From the IMG/VR virus record IMGVR_UViG_3300011115_000934, positions 33,983 through 97,982 of that record: a stretch of DNA of 64,000 bases; one strand, 5' to 3'. Source of the DNA: a virus (Duplodnaviria; Heunggongvirae; Uroviricota; Caudoviricetes). Numbering within the stretch: the stretch's first letter is position 1; the number at the start of each line of letters is the position of its first letter. Made by a program: the position numbers and the translations under genes. The notes below the pieces were generated by a model. That model was not told the origin of the DNA. It was given only the letters and a program-made list of their open reading frames with translations, and did not search any database. Shown one piece after another: positions 1 through 10,701 of the stretch.

Positions 1-1
1 G

Positions 2-1237
2 CATGATGAGTCACAAATCAACAAGTATATTAACGAGGATGACTATTTACAATCGGATGACGAATCTTCAATGGCAAAGTCGCAATTAAAATCCATTCAA
101 TCAAATGCAAGTAAGTTAATAAATATAATTGGAGATGATGAGCAATTGGATGCTTGGATTCAATCTAAATTAACAAAAGCAGAAGACTATTTAGATGCAG
201 CAGCAGGATACTTAGAATCAGAAGAAGGAGAACAAGAGCAAGGATCCGTAACAGTAGCACTAGCATTAAATGAAAAAAAAGGAACTTGTTGTCATAAATG
301 TGGACATGTTCACGTGAAAGGAACACCACACCCTTCTCCATACTTTACAGGTAAAAGAAGTTGTGAGTTTAACAATACCAACGAAGCATTAGATGCAGTT
401 GGAAAAGAGGATGACGATATCAATAATGATGGAAAAGTTGATAAAACAGATAAGTATTTAAAAAATAGAAGAAGTGTTATTTCTAAAAAACTATCAGAAG
501 GAACAGTAAAAGATTTCTTTAAAGATCCAATGCATGCAGCGGATGCTAGAGGATGGATTAGAAATCCAAAACTAACAGATACTCAAAGAAGAGATAAGAT
601 TAAAGCAGTAATGAAAGATCCTTCTAAATTTAATGACTTAATGGATGCTTTTACAGATGAATTAGGAAACATAAAAAATGTAGTGTCTAAGAAAGAACTA
701 AAAGAAATAATGCTAGAAGCATACGTTGAGGTTCTTCAAGAAGAAGAAGGAGCAGTTCTTAAAACTTCTACTCAAGAAATATTAGGAAAATTTCCTACAG
801 TTAAGAAAACACTAACATCCCTATTCACATCAGAATTCCCAGAATTTGTAACGGACGTAAGATGGGTAGTTCCAAAACCTTCCACATTTGCAGTTGATCT
901 TAAAAATGGTCAATCATTCAATATTAAATGGATGGGTAAAGGATTCGAAGCACAAATTGAAGGTAAAAAATACTACCTAAACGATCTTCCAGATTATCAA
1001 CAAGCATTGGATAAATTAAACGACCTTCTTAAAAACGGACCAATCTCACAAGGTGAAGAACCAGGTGGAGAAGAATTCGGAGCACCAGCAGAACCTGCAG
1101 CAGCAGGAGGCGGTGGAGGTGGAGACTTTCCAGGTGGAGAAGCCGGAGGAGAAGAACCAGCAGCTGAATTCGGAGCAGAAGAAGCTCCAGCAGGAGATGA
1201 AGGAGGAGCAGAACCAGAAACACCAGAAGCACTATAA
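2..1237 (+). CDS. Acidic head-module protein, 5'-truncated by the window edge
   Basis: Frame is open from base 2 ([24 protein letters not shown]), so the ATG at 71 is probably internal. Contains a [14 protein letters not shown]-hand-like motif and a Glu/Gly/Ala-rich tail; lies upstream of the terminase. Confidence 0.7.
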   Translation, partial: HDESQINKYINEDDYLQSDDESSMAKSQLKSIQSNASKLINIIGDDEQLDAWIQSKLTKAEDYLDAAAGYLESEEGEQEQGSVTVALALNEKKGTCCHKCGHVHVKGTPHPSPYFTGKRSCEFNNTNEALDAVGKEDDDINNDGKVDKTDKYLKNRRSVISKKLSEGTVKDFFKDPMHAADARGWIRNPKLTDTQRRDKIKAVMKDPSKFNDLMDAFTDELGNIKNVVSKKELKEIMLEAYVEVLQEEEGAVLKTSTQEILGKFPTVKKTLTSLFTSEFPEFVTDVRWVVPKPSTFAVDLKNGQSFNIKWMGKGFEAQIEGKKYYLNDLPDYQQALDKLNDLLKNGPISQGEEPGGEEFGAPAEPAAAGGGGGGDFPGGEAGGEEPAAEFGAEEAPAGDEGGAEPETPEAL

Positions 1238-2316
1238 TGAGCGTAGTAGATAAAATAGTTACAGAATGGGCCTTTCGTTGTAAGAAAGGATACCCAGATA
1301 TGAATAATCCTGATGATATGAAAATACTAAAAGAGATTTATTCACAGTTTGGTATTGTACAAGAAGAGGAAAAACCTGAGGAAGAGGAAATATCTATATC
1401 AGTAGCTGATATAAAAGGAGTATTAGGATCAATTAAAGACGATCAAGATGCAATAAAATATATATACAAATACATAAAAGGTAGATCAAGAAATACAGAA
1501 CTACAAACAGTATTGACTAGAGCAAACATAAATGCAAAAACTATATCAGGAATGAATGCTCCTAAGGCTATTTTTGACATACTAACACATAACGATGATT
1601 TAGAAAACTTTATGCAATACGTAAAGAGCGATAAACATCTAACCTATCCAACTTTAGGAGAAGGAGGTAACTTAGTCGATAAATTAGCAGTCACAGGTAT
1701 ATCGAGAAAGAGTATTGAAGAGCTTATTGGGTTAGGAGGATTTGAGGGAGGAAGAGGAGTTGGTAAGGGAGAAGTTGCATTAGCACTTCTTGTAGACGAC
1801 CTAAGCATGAGAGAAGGATCTGGAGACTTAGATTGGCAAGGAAAGTACGTAGAGGTAAAAGGATCAGGAGGACGTATGGGAGGTAGAAATACTAAAATTC
1901 CCGAAAACCTAAGCCTAGTAAAAAGATACAGACAAGCAAACCCACCAATTGCATCAAAAAGGTTAAACGAAATAATCCCAGCACTACTACAACAAGGTAC
2001 TCCAAAAGAAGATCTTCGCAAAGAGTGCGAGGAACTAATAGATAGCATATATCCACAAGGAAAAGGTAGTGCATACATTACAGCGGAAAACTTGGGTAAT
2101 TCAAAAGAGTTGAGAGCAGCATTTCAAAAAGCATATTTTTACAACTACCTAAATACAGAAGGAGTAGACTACTTGCTTATGCTAAATACATCTTCAACAG
2201 GATTGGGTAGGTACATTAATCTACCTGTAAGCAAAGTGGGAGCATATGTAGAAGAGCATCCAACAATAACTTCTCCAATAAACTTGGATGAGAGTACACC
2301 ACAGATAAAAGTATAG
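1237..2316 (+). CDS. Hypothetical protein with a possible PD-(D/E)xK nuclease domain
   Basis: GKGE...GDLDWQGKYVEVKG resembles a restriction-endonuclease-like D...ExK core; the start overlaps the upstream stop. Confidence 0.5.
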   Translation: MSVVDKIVTEWAFRCKKGYPDMNNPDDMKILKEIYSQFGIVQEEEKPEEEEISISVADIKGVLGSIKDDQDAIKYIYKYIKGRSRNTELQTVLTRANINAKTISGMNAPKAIFDILTHNDDLENFMQYVKSDKHLTYPTLGEGGNLVDKLAVTGISRKSIEELIGLGGFEGGRGVGKGEVALALLVDDLSMREGSGDLDWQGKYVEVKGSGGRMGGRNTKIPENLSLVKRYRQANPPIASKRLNEIIPALLQQGTPKEDLRKECEELIDSIYPQGKGSAYITAENLGNSKELRAAFQKAYFYNYLNTEGVDYLLMLNTSSTGLGRYINLPVSKVGAYVEEHPTITSPINLDESTPQIKV

Positions 2317-2333
2317 GTAACAGAAAAATAAAC

Positions 2334-2341
2334 TATTTATA
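2334..2341 (+). promoter_or_regulatory. Representative of the recurrent TATTTATA putative late-promoter motif
   Basis: Exact copies upstream of genes at 2334, 5605, 7494, 14608, 20458, 23683, 25838, 26393, 28149, 30907 and 48127. Confidence 0.7.
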
Positions 2342-2359
2342 AACAAAATAAAAACACAA

Positions 2360-3952
2360 ATGGCAGATAATTTTAATTTAAGAGCATTCTTATCAGAGAA
2401 TAAACTTACAAAGAACGCACAACTTCTAAAAGAGCAAGAATCACAACACACACCCGAAGAGGAACTATACTACAAAATAGTAGAACAACTTGATATAGCA
2501 GGCCTAACAGGAGAAGTAACTGTAGCACTTCACTCAACCCACGGTATGCCTAAACCAGAATTCCAAGTAATGAATGCAGATGATGCTGCGTGGATGATCG
2601 CAGAAGCAGTAGTAGAGGCCGAAGCAGATGTAGACGATATACTGTTTGCACAAGGTGATGAAATAGATCAACAAGGAGAACTTGACCCAGAAACAGAAGG
2701 ACTTGAATGTGGATTAGAGATTGCAATTGTAGATGTTGGTACCTATGAGATTTATCAAGGTTCTAACAAAGGAGGAGAAGACAATCTTGACGAAGGAAGT
2801 TACTCAGACAGCTACGATACACCAGCTGCTAAAAAAGTAGGAGGACAACTTCAATCAGCAATTCATGACGTACGGTCTCGTAGTGAGATTGATCCAACAA
2901 TAGATAAACTAATTGCAGCAGCAGAGCAAGAAACACAAAGTCAAGTAACTTCTTCTGAAAAAAGAATACTATCATCACAAGGATACCACATCTATAGCAA
3001 TAATGCAGAAATGGAAAGAGAAGGAACACAAAATAAAAAACCAATGATGAAAGAAACAAAATTAACTGCTAAAGAAAGACGTTTAGTAGAAATGGTAAAC
3101 AATGCCATGGGAATGAAAAAAGAAAACCACCTAGGATATGCAACTCATGACGAGGATCAAGAATTCGATCCAGGACATGACATCGAACAAGCACAACACG
3201 ATATTGAAAGACAATACGAGGGAGAAGATTACGGCACTAATGCAGTTACAGGAAAGCCTTTACCTAAACCAGATCCAATCGTAGAAGATGGAATGGCTGA
3301 CGAAACTGTAATACCTGAATACAATACAATCGACGAGTTAATGAATAGCATTGACCACGGAACTAACGAGGTAGCAGAAAAGCATAAAATGGAGCAAATG
3401 AAAAAGATTGCTGAAGCATTAAGAATGAAAGCAAAGAAAATGGAAGAAAGTGAGCATGCTGCACACATTAGTCCAAAAGACTTAAAGCAATTAGCAACAG
3501 ATGCTGCAAAGTTAGAAAAAGCAGCAGAAAAGTTAAAAGCAGCATTCGATAAAAAATTCAACAAAAAAGAAAAACCAGCTTCAGCTGCAAAAGCAGAAAA
3601 AGTAGAAGCATTACAAGAAAATAGAATGGAAAATTTTGATTTAAAAAAGTTCTTAGTAGAGAACAAATTGACTACCAACTCTAGAATGGTAAATGAAGAG
3701 TTAAAATTTATAGATGCGACTGATCCGGTAAGAAACAAAGGAGGTGACCAACACCTAAAACTTTCAGACTTAGTACCAGGAAAAACAGTAATTGCACTTA
3801 ATAAACATTACAGTAATAAAGCTGAATTAGAAGATGAAGCAGGAACCTTTATAGAAGTAGACGAAAACGATTACATACACTGGAAAACTAAGGACGGCAA
3901 AGATAAAGTATGGAAATACTTTGAAGATCTAGCAATAATTAAAAACCTATAA
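2360..3952 (+). CDS. Acidic putative head-internal (multi-module) protein
   Basis: 530 aa ORF preceded by TATTTATA. Near-duplicate motif at the N-terminus (MADNFNLRAFLSENKLT) and internally from 3626 (MENFDLKKFLVENKLT). Confidence 0.6.
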   Translation: MADNFNLRAFLSENKLTKNAQLLKEQESQHTPEEELYYKIVEQLDIAGLTGEVTVALHSTHGMPKPEFQVMNADDAAWMIAEAVVEAEADVDDILFAQGDEIDQQGELDPETEGLECGLEIAIVDVGTYEIYQGSNKGGEDNLDEGSYSDSYDTPAAKKVGGQLQSAIHDVRSRSEIDPTIDKLIAAAEQETQSQVTSSEKRILSSQGYHIYSNNAEMEREGTQNKKPMMKETKLTAKERRLVEMVNNAMGMKKENHLGYATHDEDQEFDPGHDIEQAQHDIERQYEGEDYGTNAVTGKPLPKPDPIVEDGMADETVIPEYNTIDELMNSIDHGTNEVAEKHKMEQMKKIAEALRMKAKKMEESEHAAHISPKDLKQLATDAAKLEKAAEKLKAAFDKKFNKKEKPASAAKAEKVEALQENRMENFDLKKFLVENKLTTNSRMVNEELKFIDATDPVRNKGGDQHLKLSDLVPGKTVIALNKHYSNKAELEDEAGTFIEVDENDYIHWKTKDGKDKVWKYFEDLAIIKNL

Positions 3953-3962
3953 GAACAAACAT

Positions 3963-3990
3963 AACCCACCCCACAAAGGTGGGTTTTTTT
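3963..3990 (+). terminator. Rho-independent terminator
   Basis: AACCCACC-ccacaaa-GGTGGGTT followed by a T tract; near-identical to the hairpin at 10550. Confidence 0.85.
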
Positions 3991-4024
3991 ATATCCATAT
4001 ATTTATTATATATAATTATATAAT

Positions 4025-5599
4025 ATGTCACAACAAGATATCAAACAAATAGTTGCACAGGAATACGTAAAGTGTGCAAAAGATCCGGCATACTTCATGA
4101 AGAAGTATTGCTATATTCAACATCCAACAAGAGGTAGAATTTTATTTAACCTCTATCCGTTCCAAGAAGGAGTATTACATTTATTCAGAGATGAAAAAAT
4201 GTTAATAACTCTTAAGTCAAGACAGTTAGGAATATCAACACTAGCCTCAGCATACGCTTTATGGTTAATGATCTTCCACAAAGATAAAAACGTACTAGCA
4301 TTAGCGATTACTCAAGCAACAGCTAGAAACCTTGTAACCAAAACAATTTTCATGTATGAGAATTTACCAAAATGGTTACAACTTCCTTTCTTAGAAAAGA
4401 ATAAGCTATCAATGAGACTTAAAAACGGTTCTAAAATAACAGCTAAATCTTCCAATTCAGATGCAGCTCGTTCAGAAGCAGTATCTTTATTACTAATAGA
4501 TGAGGCAGCTTTCATCGATAACATTGAAGAAACATTTACAGCAGCTCAACAAACACTTGCAACAGGGGGTCAATGTATGGCTCTTTCTACTCCAAATGGT
4601 GTAGGAAACTGGTTTCACAAAACATGGGAAAAAGCAGAAGCAGGAGAGAATGGATTTGTACCCATTAAACTAAAATGGGATGTACATCCTGAGAGAGCAC
4701 AAGACTGGAGAGATGAACAATCAAGACAATTAGGAGAAAAGCATGCAGCACAGGAATGTGATTGTGATTTCTTATCATCTGGAGATACAGTAATAGAAGT
4801 TGAGAATATGACCTTTTATGAAGAAACCTATGTAAAAGATCCAACTGAAAGAAGAGGGGTTGATGGAAATCTTTGGATATGGGAATCACCTGACTACCAA
4901 AAATCTTATATGGTTGTTGCCGATGTCGCTAGAGGGGATTCTACCGATTATTCTGGCTTCCATGTATTCGATATTGAAAGCTGTACACAAGTTGCAGAAT
5001 ACAAAGGTAAAATATCTCCTAAAGAATACGGAAACGTATTGGTAGGAATAGCAACAGAATATTGCGATGCACTTTTAGTAATAGAAAATGCAAATATTGG
5101 ATGGTCAACAATCGAACAAGTAATATCCAGAGAATATAAAAACCTATACTACTCGTCAAGATCGGATACTGAAACAGTTGAATCATATATGGCCAAATAC
5201 GAAAGAGATAAACTGGTACCAGGATTTACAATGTCTTTAAAAACCAGACCTTTAGTAATTGCTAAGATGACTGAGTACGTTCGAGAAAGATCAGTTATAG
5301 TACAATCAAAAAGGTTGCTAGGAGAAATGCGTGTATTCATATGGAGAAACGGTAAGGCCCAAGCACAATCAGGATACAATGATGATTTAGTTATGTCTTT
5401 TGCTACAGCTTTGTACGTAAGGGATACTGCAATTCGTATGAGACAACAGGGATTAGATCTTTCAAGAGCCACAATGAATGCATTTGTAGGACTGAACCAA
5501 AGGCAGACTGGAGTATATAACGTTGCTCCTAGACAAAATAATCCCTATCTTATGGAAACACCTGGTGGCCAAGAGGATCTTACGTGGCTATTAGGATAA
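4025..5599 (+). CDS. gp17: Terminase large subunit (T4 gp17-like)
   Basis: LKSRQLGIST Walker A region, LLLIDEAAFI Walker B, STPNG motif III, ADVARG nuclease Asp, C-terminal NDDLVM. Confidence 0.95.
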   Translation: MSQQDIKQIVAQEYVKCAKDPAYFMKKYCYIQHPTRGRILFNLYPFQEGVLHLFRDEKMLITLKSRQLGISTLASAYALWLMIFHKDKNVLALAITQATARNLVTKTIFMYENLPKWLQLPFLEKNKLSMRLKNGSKITAKSSNSDAARSEAVSLLLIDEAAFIDNIEETFTAAQQTLATGGQCMALSTPNGVGNWFHKTWEKAEAGENGFVPIKLKWDVHPERAQDWRDEQSRQLGEKHAAQECDCDFLSSGDTVIEVENMTFYEETYVKDPTERRGVDGNLWIWESPDYQKSYMVVADVARGDSTDYSGFHVFDIESCTQVAEYKGKISPKEYGNVLVGIATEYCDALLVIENANIGWSTIEQVISREYKNLYYSSRSDTETVESYMAKYERDKLVPGFTMSLKTRPLVIAKMTEYVRERSVIVQSKRLLGEMRVFIWRNGKAQAQSGYNDDLVMSFATALYVRDTAIRMRQQGLDLSRATMNAFVGLNQRQTGVYNVAPRQNNPYLMETPGGQEDLTWLLG

Positions 5600-5629
5600 G
5601 TTACTATTTATAAATAAAACATTTCACAA

Positions 5630-7489
5630 ATGGCAGAAAGAAATTTATTCACCTCACTCCAGAGACTGTTCTCAACAGACATATTAGTTAGAAACGTAGG
5701 AGGAGACGAGTTGAAGATTGCTGATGTTAACCACATTCAATCAACAGGGAAGTATCAAACCAATTCACTATTGGATAGGTTTTCTCGTTTATACATATAC
5801 AATAATAAAAACATATTTAATCCGAACCTAAACTACCAAACACTTAGGATACAACTTTATTCGGATTACGAAGCAATGGATACAGATGCAATTATTGCTT
5901 CCACTTTGGATGTACTAGCAGATGAATCCACTTTAAAAAGTGCAATGGGAGAAGTTCTTTCCATTAAATCTACAGATGAAAATATACAAAGAGTCCTTTA
6001 TAACCTTTATTACGATGTACTAAATATCGAATTTAATCTATGGTCATGGGTTAGAAATATGTGTAAGTATGGGGACTTCTTTTTAAAATTAGAAATATCA
6101 GAAAAATTTGGTGTTTATAATGTACTTCCTTATACAGTTTACCACATGGTAAGACATGAGGGAATGGATAAAGAAGATCCAACCAAAGTAACATTCTCAA
6201 TTGATCCAGACGGATTAGCAGCTTCATCAGATCCAAACTATATTCCAAATAATAGTAAACAAACAATCACTTTAGACAATTACGAAGTAGCCCATTTCAG
6301 ACTACTATCAGATACAAACTACTTACCATACGGTAGATCTTATATTGAACCAGCTAGAAAAATTTACAAGCAATTAACTCTTATGGAGGATGCGATGTTG
6401 ATTCATAGAATCATGAGAGCTCCAGAAAAGAGAATGTTCTACATTAACGTAGGATCTATTCCACCAAATGAAGTTGAGCAGTTTATGCAAAAAACTATTA
6501 ACAGTATTAAGAAAACTCCTTATGTTGATCCACAAACAGGTCAATATAACTTGAAGTTTAACATGCAAAACATGATGGAGGATTTCTACCTACCAGTTAG
6601 GGGTGGTGATACTTCAACTCGTATTGATACTACAAAAGGATTAGAGTATGATGGTACAAATGATATCGAATACTTAAGAGATAAAATGTTTGCAGCACTT
6701 AAAGTGCCAAAAGCATATTTTGGATACGAAAAAGATTTGACAGGAAAAGCAACTCTAGCAGCTGAAGATATTCGTTTTGCCAGAACAGTAGAAAGACTTC
6801 AAAGAATTGTAGAGAGTGAATTAACTAAAATTGGTTTAGTGCATTTATACGCTCAAGGATTTACAAAAGAATCTCTTACCAATTTTGAGATTAAATTAAC
6901 AACTCCTTCTATCATCTACGAACAAGAAAAAGTAGCTCTTTGGAAAGAGAAAGTTGACCTAGCAACTCAAATACAAGCAACAAAACTATTCTCATCAGAT
7001 TACATCTACGATAAACTATTTGATATCTCAGAAGACAGCTATAACGAAATGAGAGATCTTATTAGAGAGGATAGCAAAAGATCATTTAGAATATCTCAAA
7101 TAGAGAATGAGGGTAACGATCCAGTATCAACAGGAACTTCTTTTGGAACACCTCACGATTTAGCTACAATTTACGGATCAAGAGAGCAGGGAGAATTACC
7201 AGCAGGGTACGATGAGAATGCAACAATAGGAAGACCAAGAGAGAAATTCTCAATACTAGGAACACAAGCAGATCCAGTAGGAGGAAGAGATAGATTGGGA
7301 GTTCATGGAATGAAAGGTGGGTATCCAAGTGATCCTGAAAATGTAAGAGAAGGTATGAATAATACAATGTCAGTTTTTCTAAGAAACAAAGATCTGTTTC
7401 CAACCAAGAAACAAAACATCTTTGAGGAAGAGGTAGAAACACCATCAGATCTTTTAAATGAAAATAACATTAAAGATTTAGATAACTAA
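5630..7489 (+). CDS. gp20: Portal protein (T4 gp20-like)
   Basis: YGRSYIEPARKIYKQLTLMEDAMLIHRIMRAPEKRMFYINVG and EDFYLPVRGG..T.I.T motifs; follows the terminase. Confidence 0.95.
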   Translation: MAERNLFTSLQRLFSTDILVRNVGGDELKIADVNHIQSTGKYQTNSLLDRFSRLYIYNNKNIFNPNLNYQTLRIQLYSDYEAMDTDAIIASTLDVLADESTLKSAMGEVLSIKSTDENIQRVLYNLYYDVLNIEFNLWSWVRNMCKYGDFFLKLEISEKFGVYNVLPYTVYHMVRHEGMDKEDPTKVTFSIDPDGLAASSDPNYIPNNSKQTITLDNYEVAHFRLLSDTNYLPYGRSYIEPARKIYKQLTLMEDAMLIHRIMRAPEKRMFYINVGSIPPNEVEQFMQKTINSIKKTPYVDPQTGQYNLKFNMQNMMEDFYLPVRGGDTSTRIDTTKGLEYDGTNDIEYLRDKMFAALKVPKAYFGYEKDLTGKATLAAEDIRFARTVERLQRIVESELTKIGLVHLYAQGFTKESLTNFEIKLTTPSIIYEQEKVALWKEKVDLATQIQATKLFSSDYIYDKLFDISEDSYNEMRDLIREDSKRSFRISQIENEGNDPVSTGTSFGTPHDLATIYGSREQGELPAGYDENATIGRPREKFSILGTQADPVGGRDRLGVHGMKGGYPSDPENVREGMNNTMSVFLRNKDLFPTKKQNIFEEEVETPSDLLNENNIKDLDN

Positions 7490-7518
7490 ACACTATTTAT
7501 AACAAAGACATACCTAAG

Positions 7519-8373
7519 ATGCGTATTAAACACAGTAAGTATAAAAACACGGGCTTAATATTTGAACTATTAGTAAAACAAATAGCAGCGGACACCTTAT
7601 CGAAAAGAGACTCCCCAGCTTTGACAGTACTAAGAAAGTTCTATACAGGAAACACGACCCTTGTAAGAGAATTCAAATTATACGATTTTGTATTAAAAAA
7701 TAAAGGAGTAGGACCTAAAAAAGCAGAATCAATACTTAGCACAATTGTAGAGATTTCTAGAAAGCTTGATGCAAAGTCTCTTAGTAAACAAAAATACGAA
7801 TTAATAAAAGAACTTAAAAGTCACTACGATTTAGAAGAATTCTTTTCTATTAAAGTTGAATCATACAAGCCATTAGCAGCTCTTTACTGTTTGATGGAAG
7901 CACAATCAACAGCAGGTCTTGTAGACCTAGATGTATTTGTTGATAATAAAACTACAATACTTGAGCATTTAACTCAAAGTAAAACAGATAACGGACAAGT
8001 AAAAAATGCTTTAATTGAAGAGTATTCAAAATACGATAAAGATTTAAGACTTTTGACATATAAAATACTTTTAGAAAAATTTAACCACCAATACAAAGAT
8101 CTACTTCCAGAACAAAAGAATATTCTAAAAGAATTTATTGTATCTGTTAACTCTTCTACACGATTAAGAAACGTAGTAAATGAGGAAATGACGAAATTGC
8201 AAACACAAATTTCTAAATTAAAAAAGAATGTTACTGATAAAGTAGTAAAAATTAAATTAGAAGAAATTCAAAAAGCAATTGTTCCTGTAAAAAATACTCA
8301 AAAAGTAGACGATAATCATTTAGTATCTTTAATGCAGTACTATGAATTGGTAAATGAACTAAAAGCTCTATGA
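7519..8373 (+). CDS. Conserved head-module hypothetical protein
   Basis: 284 aa ORF between portal and protease, preceded by TATTTATA (7494). Confidence 0.7.
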   Translation: MRIKHSKYKNTGLIFELLVKQIAADTLSKRDSPALTVLRKFYTGNTTLVREFKLYDFVLKNKGVGPKKAESILSTIVEISRKLDAKSLSKQKYELIKELKSHYDLEEFFSIKVESYKPLAALYCLMEAQSTAGLVDLDVFVDNKTTILEHLTQSKTDNGQVKNALIEEYSKYDKDLRLLTYKILLEKFNHQYKDLLPEQKNILKEFIVSVNSSTRLRNVVNEEMTKLQTQISKLKKNVTDKVVKIKLEEIQKAIVPVKNTQKVDDNHLVSLMQYYELVNELKAL

Positions 8374-8741
8374 AAAGGTCAAAATTACTTGAGATAATAA
8401 GAGAAGTCCTAAGTGAAGACGGAGCAATAGGAAACGTAACTGGAGCTATGGATGGTGGAATGGGATCTCCTAAAACACCTAGAGCTTTTGCTAAACCAGG
8501 ACAAGGAGAAAATTCTGCTACTAAAGTAATGAAAAAGGATGGATTTAAAACAGTAGCAAGACCAAAACGTCCGTCAAATACTAAGATGTTTGACTATCTA
8601 GATGAAATGCATTTTGGAACTCCACATGCTTTTGTAACAGAAGCAGAAATGGAAAACAGTGATGCAGTTAAACATACAGAGGAAATGGGTTACAAGCTAG
8701 TAAAGAAAACCAACAAAGCATCAGATAAAAAGAATAAATAA
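8370..8741 (+). CDS. Hypothetical head-module protein
   Basis: ATGA overlap with the upstream gene; N-terminus MKRSKLLEIIREVLSE. Confidence 0.65.
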   Translation: MKRSKLLEIIREVLSEDGAIGNVTGAMDGGMGSPKTPRAFAKPGQGENSATKVMKKDGFKTVARPKRPSNTKMFDYLDEMHFGTPHAFVTEAEMENSDAVKHTEEMGYKLVKKTNKASDKKNK

Positions 8742-8742
8742 C

Positions 8743-9648
8743 ATGAGAACACTACAAGAAAAATATAATGCAATTCAAGAGGGAAAATTCTCTAAGGATC
8801 ATTTTTTAGCTGAAGCTAGAATGCAACAACCACAACTAGTAACTCGTTTCAACGGATACGACGATGCTGTTCAGATCCTTAAGAATAAAGGAATGATTAA
8901 AGAAGCTGTGGTAGAAGAAGCAAAACAACCAAAAGCAACAAAAAAAGGATTAGCAGATTACAGATATAAACCAACTAACGAAATGGACAAGTATCCATAC
9001 GAACAAATCCTAAGAGGTTTGAGAGTTGAGTTAGAGGGGTTAGGAGTTCAAGGAACACCAACTGCAGAACAATATGCAAAAGCATTAGCAACAGTATCTA
9101 AAAATTTAGCAAAAGATTCAATCTTCTATACAAATCAAGTAGCAGGTGTTAATCCAAAAGTAGATCTTCACGATAAAATGGTTCCTGTAACAGCAAAAAA
9201 TACTGTTGACACTTTCAACGGTATGAAAAAAGCTGAATTAAAAGAAGGATTCAAAAAACTAATCAAAAAAGTATTATCTGAAGAATTAACTGACGTAGAG
9301 AATTACAATAAGCCTGACGTGTATGAAATGTACGGAGAGGATAGTGTAGATGAATCAGCAATGGGAGACATCTACACTTTAGCTCAAGAGCATGATAGAT
9401 TTGAACACTTTGTACAAGCTGTAGAAGATGAGTTTGGACCAGTAGACGATATAGCAGAACTAGAGCACATTTTCAATGCTACAAGAGGTGAAGACGATAT
9501 TGACTATGGTGATGAGAACTTCTCAGATGCTGAAATTGATACAGAATACGAATCACCATCAGACAGAATGTATAACTCAGATGCATGGGTACAAGCACAA
9601 AGAGATATGATGGAAACAAAAAAATCGTTATCTGAATTATTAAAATAA
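8743..9648 (+). CDS. Hypothetical acidic head-module protein
   Basis: 301 aa ORF tightly packed in the head operon, with typical phage codon usage. Confidence 0.65.
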   Translation: MRTLQEKYNAIQEGKFSKDHFLAEARMQQPQLVTRFNGYDDAVQILKNKGMIKEAVVEEAKQPKATKKGLADYRYKPTNEMDKYPYEQILRGLRVELEGLGVQGTPTAEQYAKALATVSKNLAKDSIFYTNQVAGVNPKVDLHDKMVPVTAKNTVDTFNGMKKAELKEGFKKLIKKVLSEELTDVENYNKPDVYEMYGEDSVDESAMGDIYTLAQEHDRFEHFVQAVEDEFGPVDDIAELEHIFNATRGEDDIDYGDENFSDAEIDTEYESPSDRMYNSDAWVQAQRDMMETKKSLSELLK

Positions 9649-9653
9649 GTAAG

Positions 9654-10235
9654 ATGAACAATCCACTATTAATAAATGTAACTCCTTTCAAAGGACTTCT
9701 TACCGAAGTAAAAAACAGACCAGGTGTATTTGAGGTAACAGGTATTATGCAAAGAGCAGGAGCTAAAAACCAAAACGGAAGAATCTACAAAAGAGAAATA
9801 CTAGAAGATCAAGTAAGAGAGTATGTAGAGAATTTTGTAAAAGTAGGAAATGCTTACGGAGAATTAGATCATCCAGAATCAGCAATTGTATCTTTAAAAA
9901 ATGCATCACACGTTGTAAAAGACTTATGGTGGGATGGAGATGATTTAATGGGGAAAGTAGAATTACTAAACACACCTTCAGGAAACATTGTAAAAGAAAT
10001 ACTAAGAGGAGGACATACAATAGGAATATCTTCTCGAGGAACAGGATCAGTAACACAAACAAACGAAGGAACTTTAATGGTTCAACCAGACTTTGAATTA
10101 GTATGCTGGGATTTCGTTTCTAATCCTTCTACGCAAGGAGCTTTCATGAATCCAATTTCTTTAAACGAACAAAAACAAGCAGTAGGAAAATACGATAGAC
10201 TAGATTCTATCATTAACAACATATTAAGAGCATAA
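9654..10235 (+). CDS. gp21: Prohead core protease (T4 gp21-like)
   Basis: KNQNGRIY, GELDHP, GISSRGTGS and DFVSNPS motifs. Confidence 0.93.
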   Translation: MNNPLLINVTPFKGLLTEVKNRPGVFEVTGIMQRAGAKNQNGRIYKREILEDQVREYVENFVKVGNAYGELDHPESAIVSLKNASHVVKDLWWDGDDLMGKVELLNTPSGNIVKEILRGGHTIGISSRGTGSVTQTNEGTLMVQPDFELVCWDFVSNPSTQGAFMNPISLNEQKQAVGKYDRLDSIINNILRA

Positions 10236-10519
10236 TGGAAAACAATTTCGACATGCACCAATGGCGTGCAAATTTTTTAAAAGAAGACTATAAAATAGGA
10301 GGAGATAGTGGCTTAGATATACCAGGAGACGAGCCTACTCCCGTAAAAGTAGATAAAGTTGCACAAGAAGTAGGTAGCATTGCAAGTACAATAGAGGACA
10401 CATTTCAAGCATTTACTAAAGAGGTACAACAGAAGTACCCTGACATATTTCAGGATAAGAATATACTAGACCGTATCAATATGATGGCACAACAGATTAA
10501 ACGGTTAAAAGGACTATAA
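10235..10519 (+). CDS. Small hypothetical protein (candidate head-internal)
   Basis: N-terminus MENNFDMHQWRANFLKE resembles the motifs at 2360, 3626 and 38319. Confidence 0.6.
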   Translation: MENNFDMHQWRANFLKEDYKIGGDSGLDIPGDEPTPVKVDKVAQEVGSIASTIEDTFQAFTKEVQQKYPDIFQDKNILDRINMMAQQIKRLKGL

Positions 10520-10549
10520 AGAGGTATATAACAACTATACACAAAACAC

Positions 10550-10575
10550 ACCCACCCCATAAAGGTGGGTTTTTT
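10550..10575 (+). terminator. Rho-independent terminator
   Basis: ACCCACC-ccataaa-GGTGGGT followed by TTTTT. Confidence 0.85.
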
Positions 10576-10701
10576 ATGTTTTGTAAAACAGTATATATTT
10601 ATTTAAGAATATATCACGACCCTATGTGATATCTACTACAAAGTAAAACACTATTACGCTACTACTTAATAAGCGTACGACAATCAAAAAATCAAATTAA
10701 A

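Noticed and set aside
10610-10680. Hairpins in the scaffold-gene leader (ATATCAC/GTGATAT, TACGCT/AGCGTA)
   Set aside because: The pairing is real but short, and may be ordinary mRNA-stabilising or autoregulatory structure. There is no specific evidence of anything novel.
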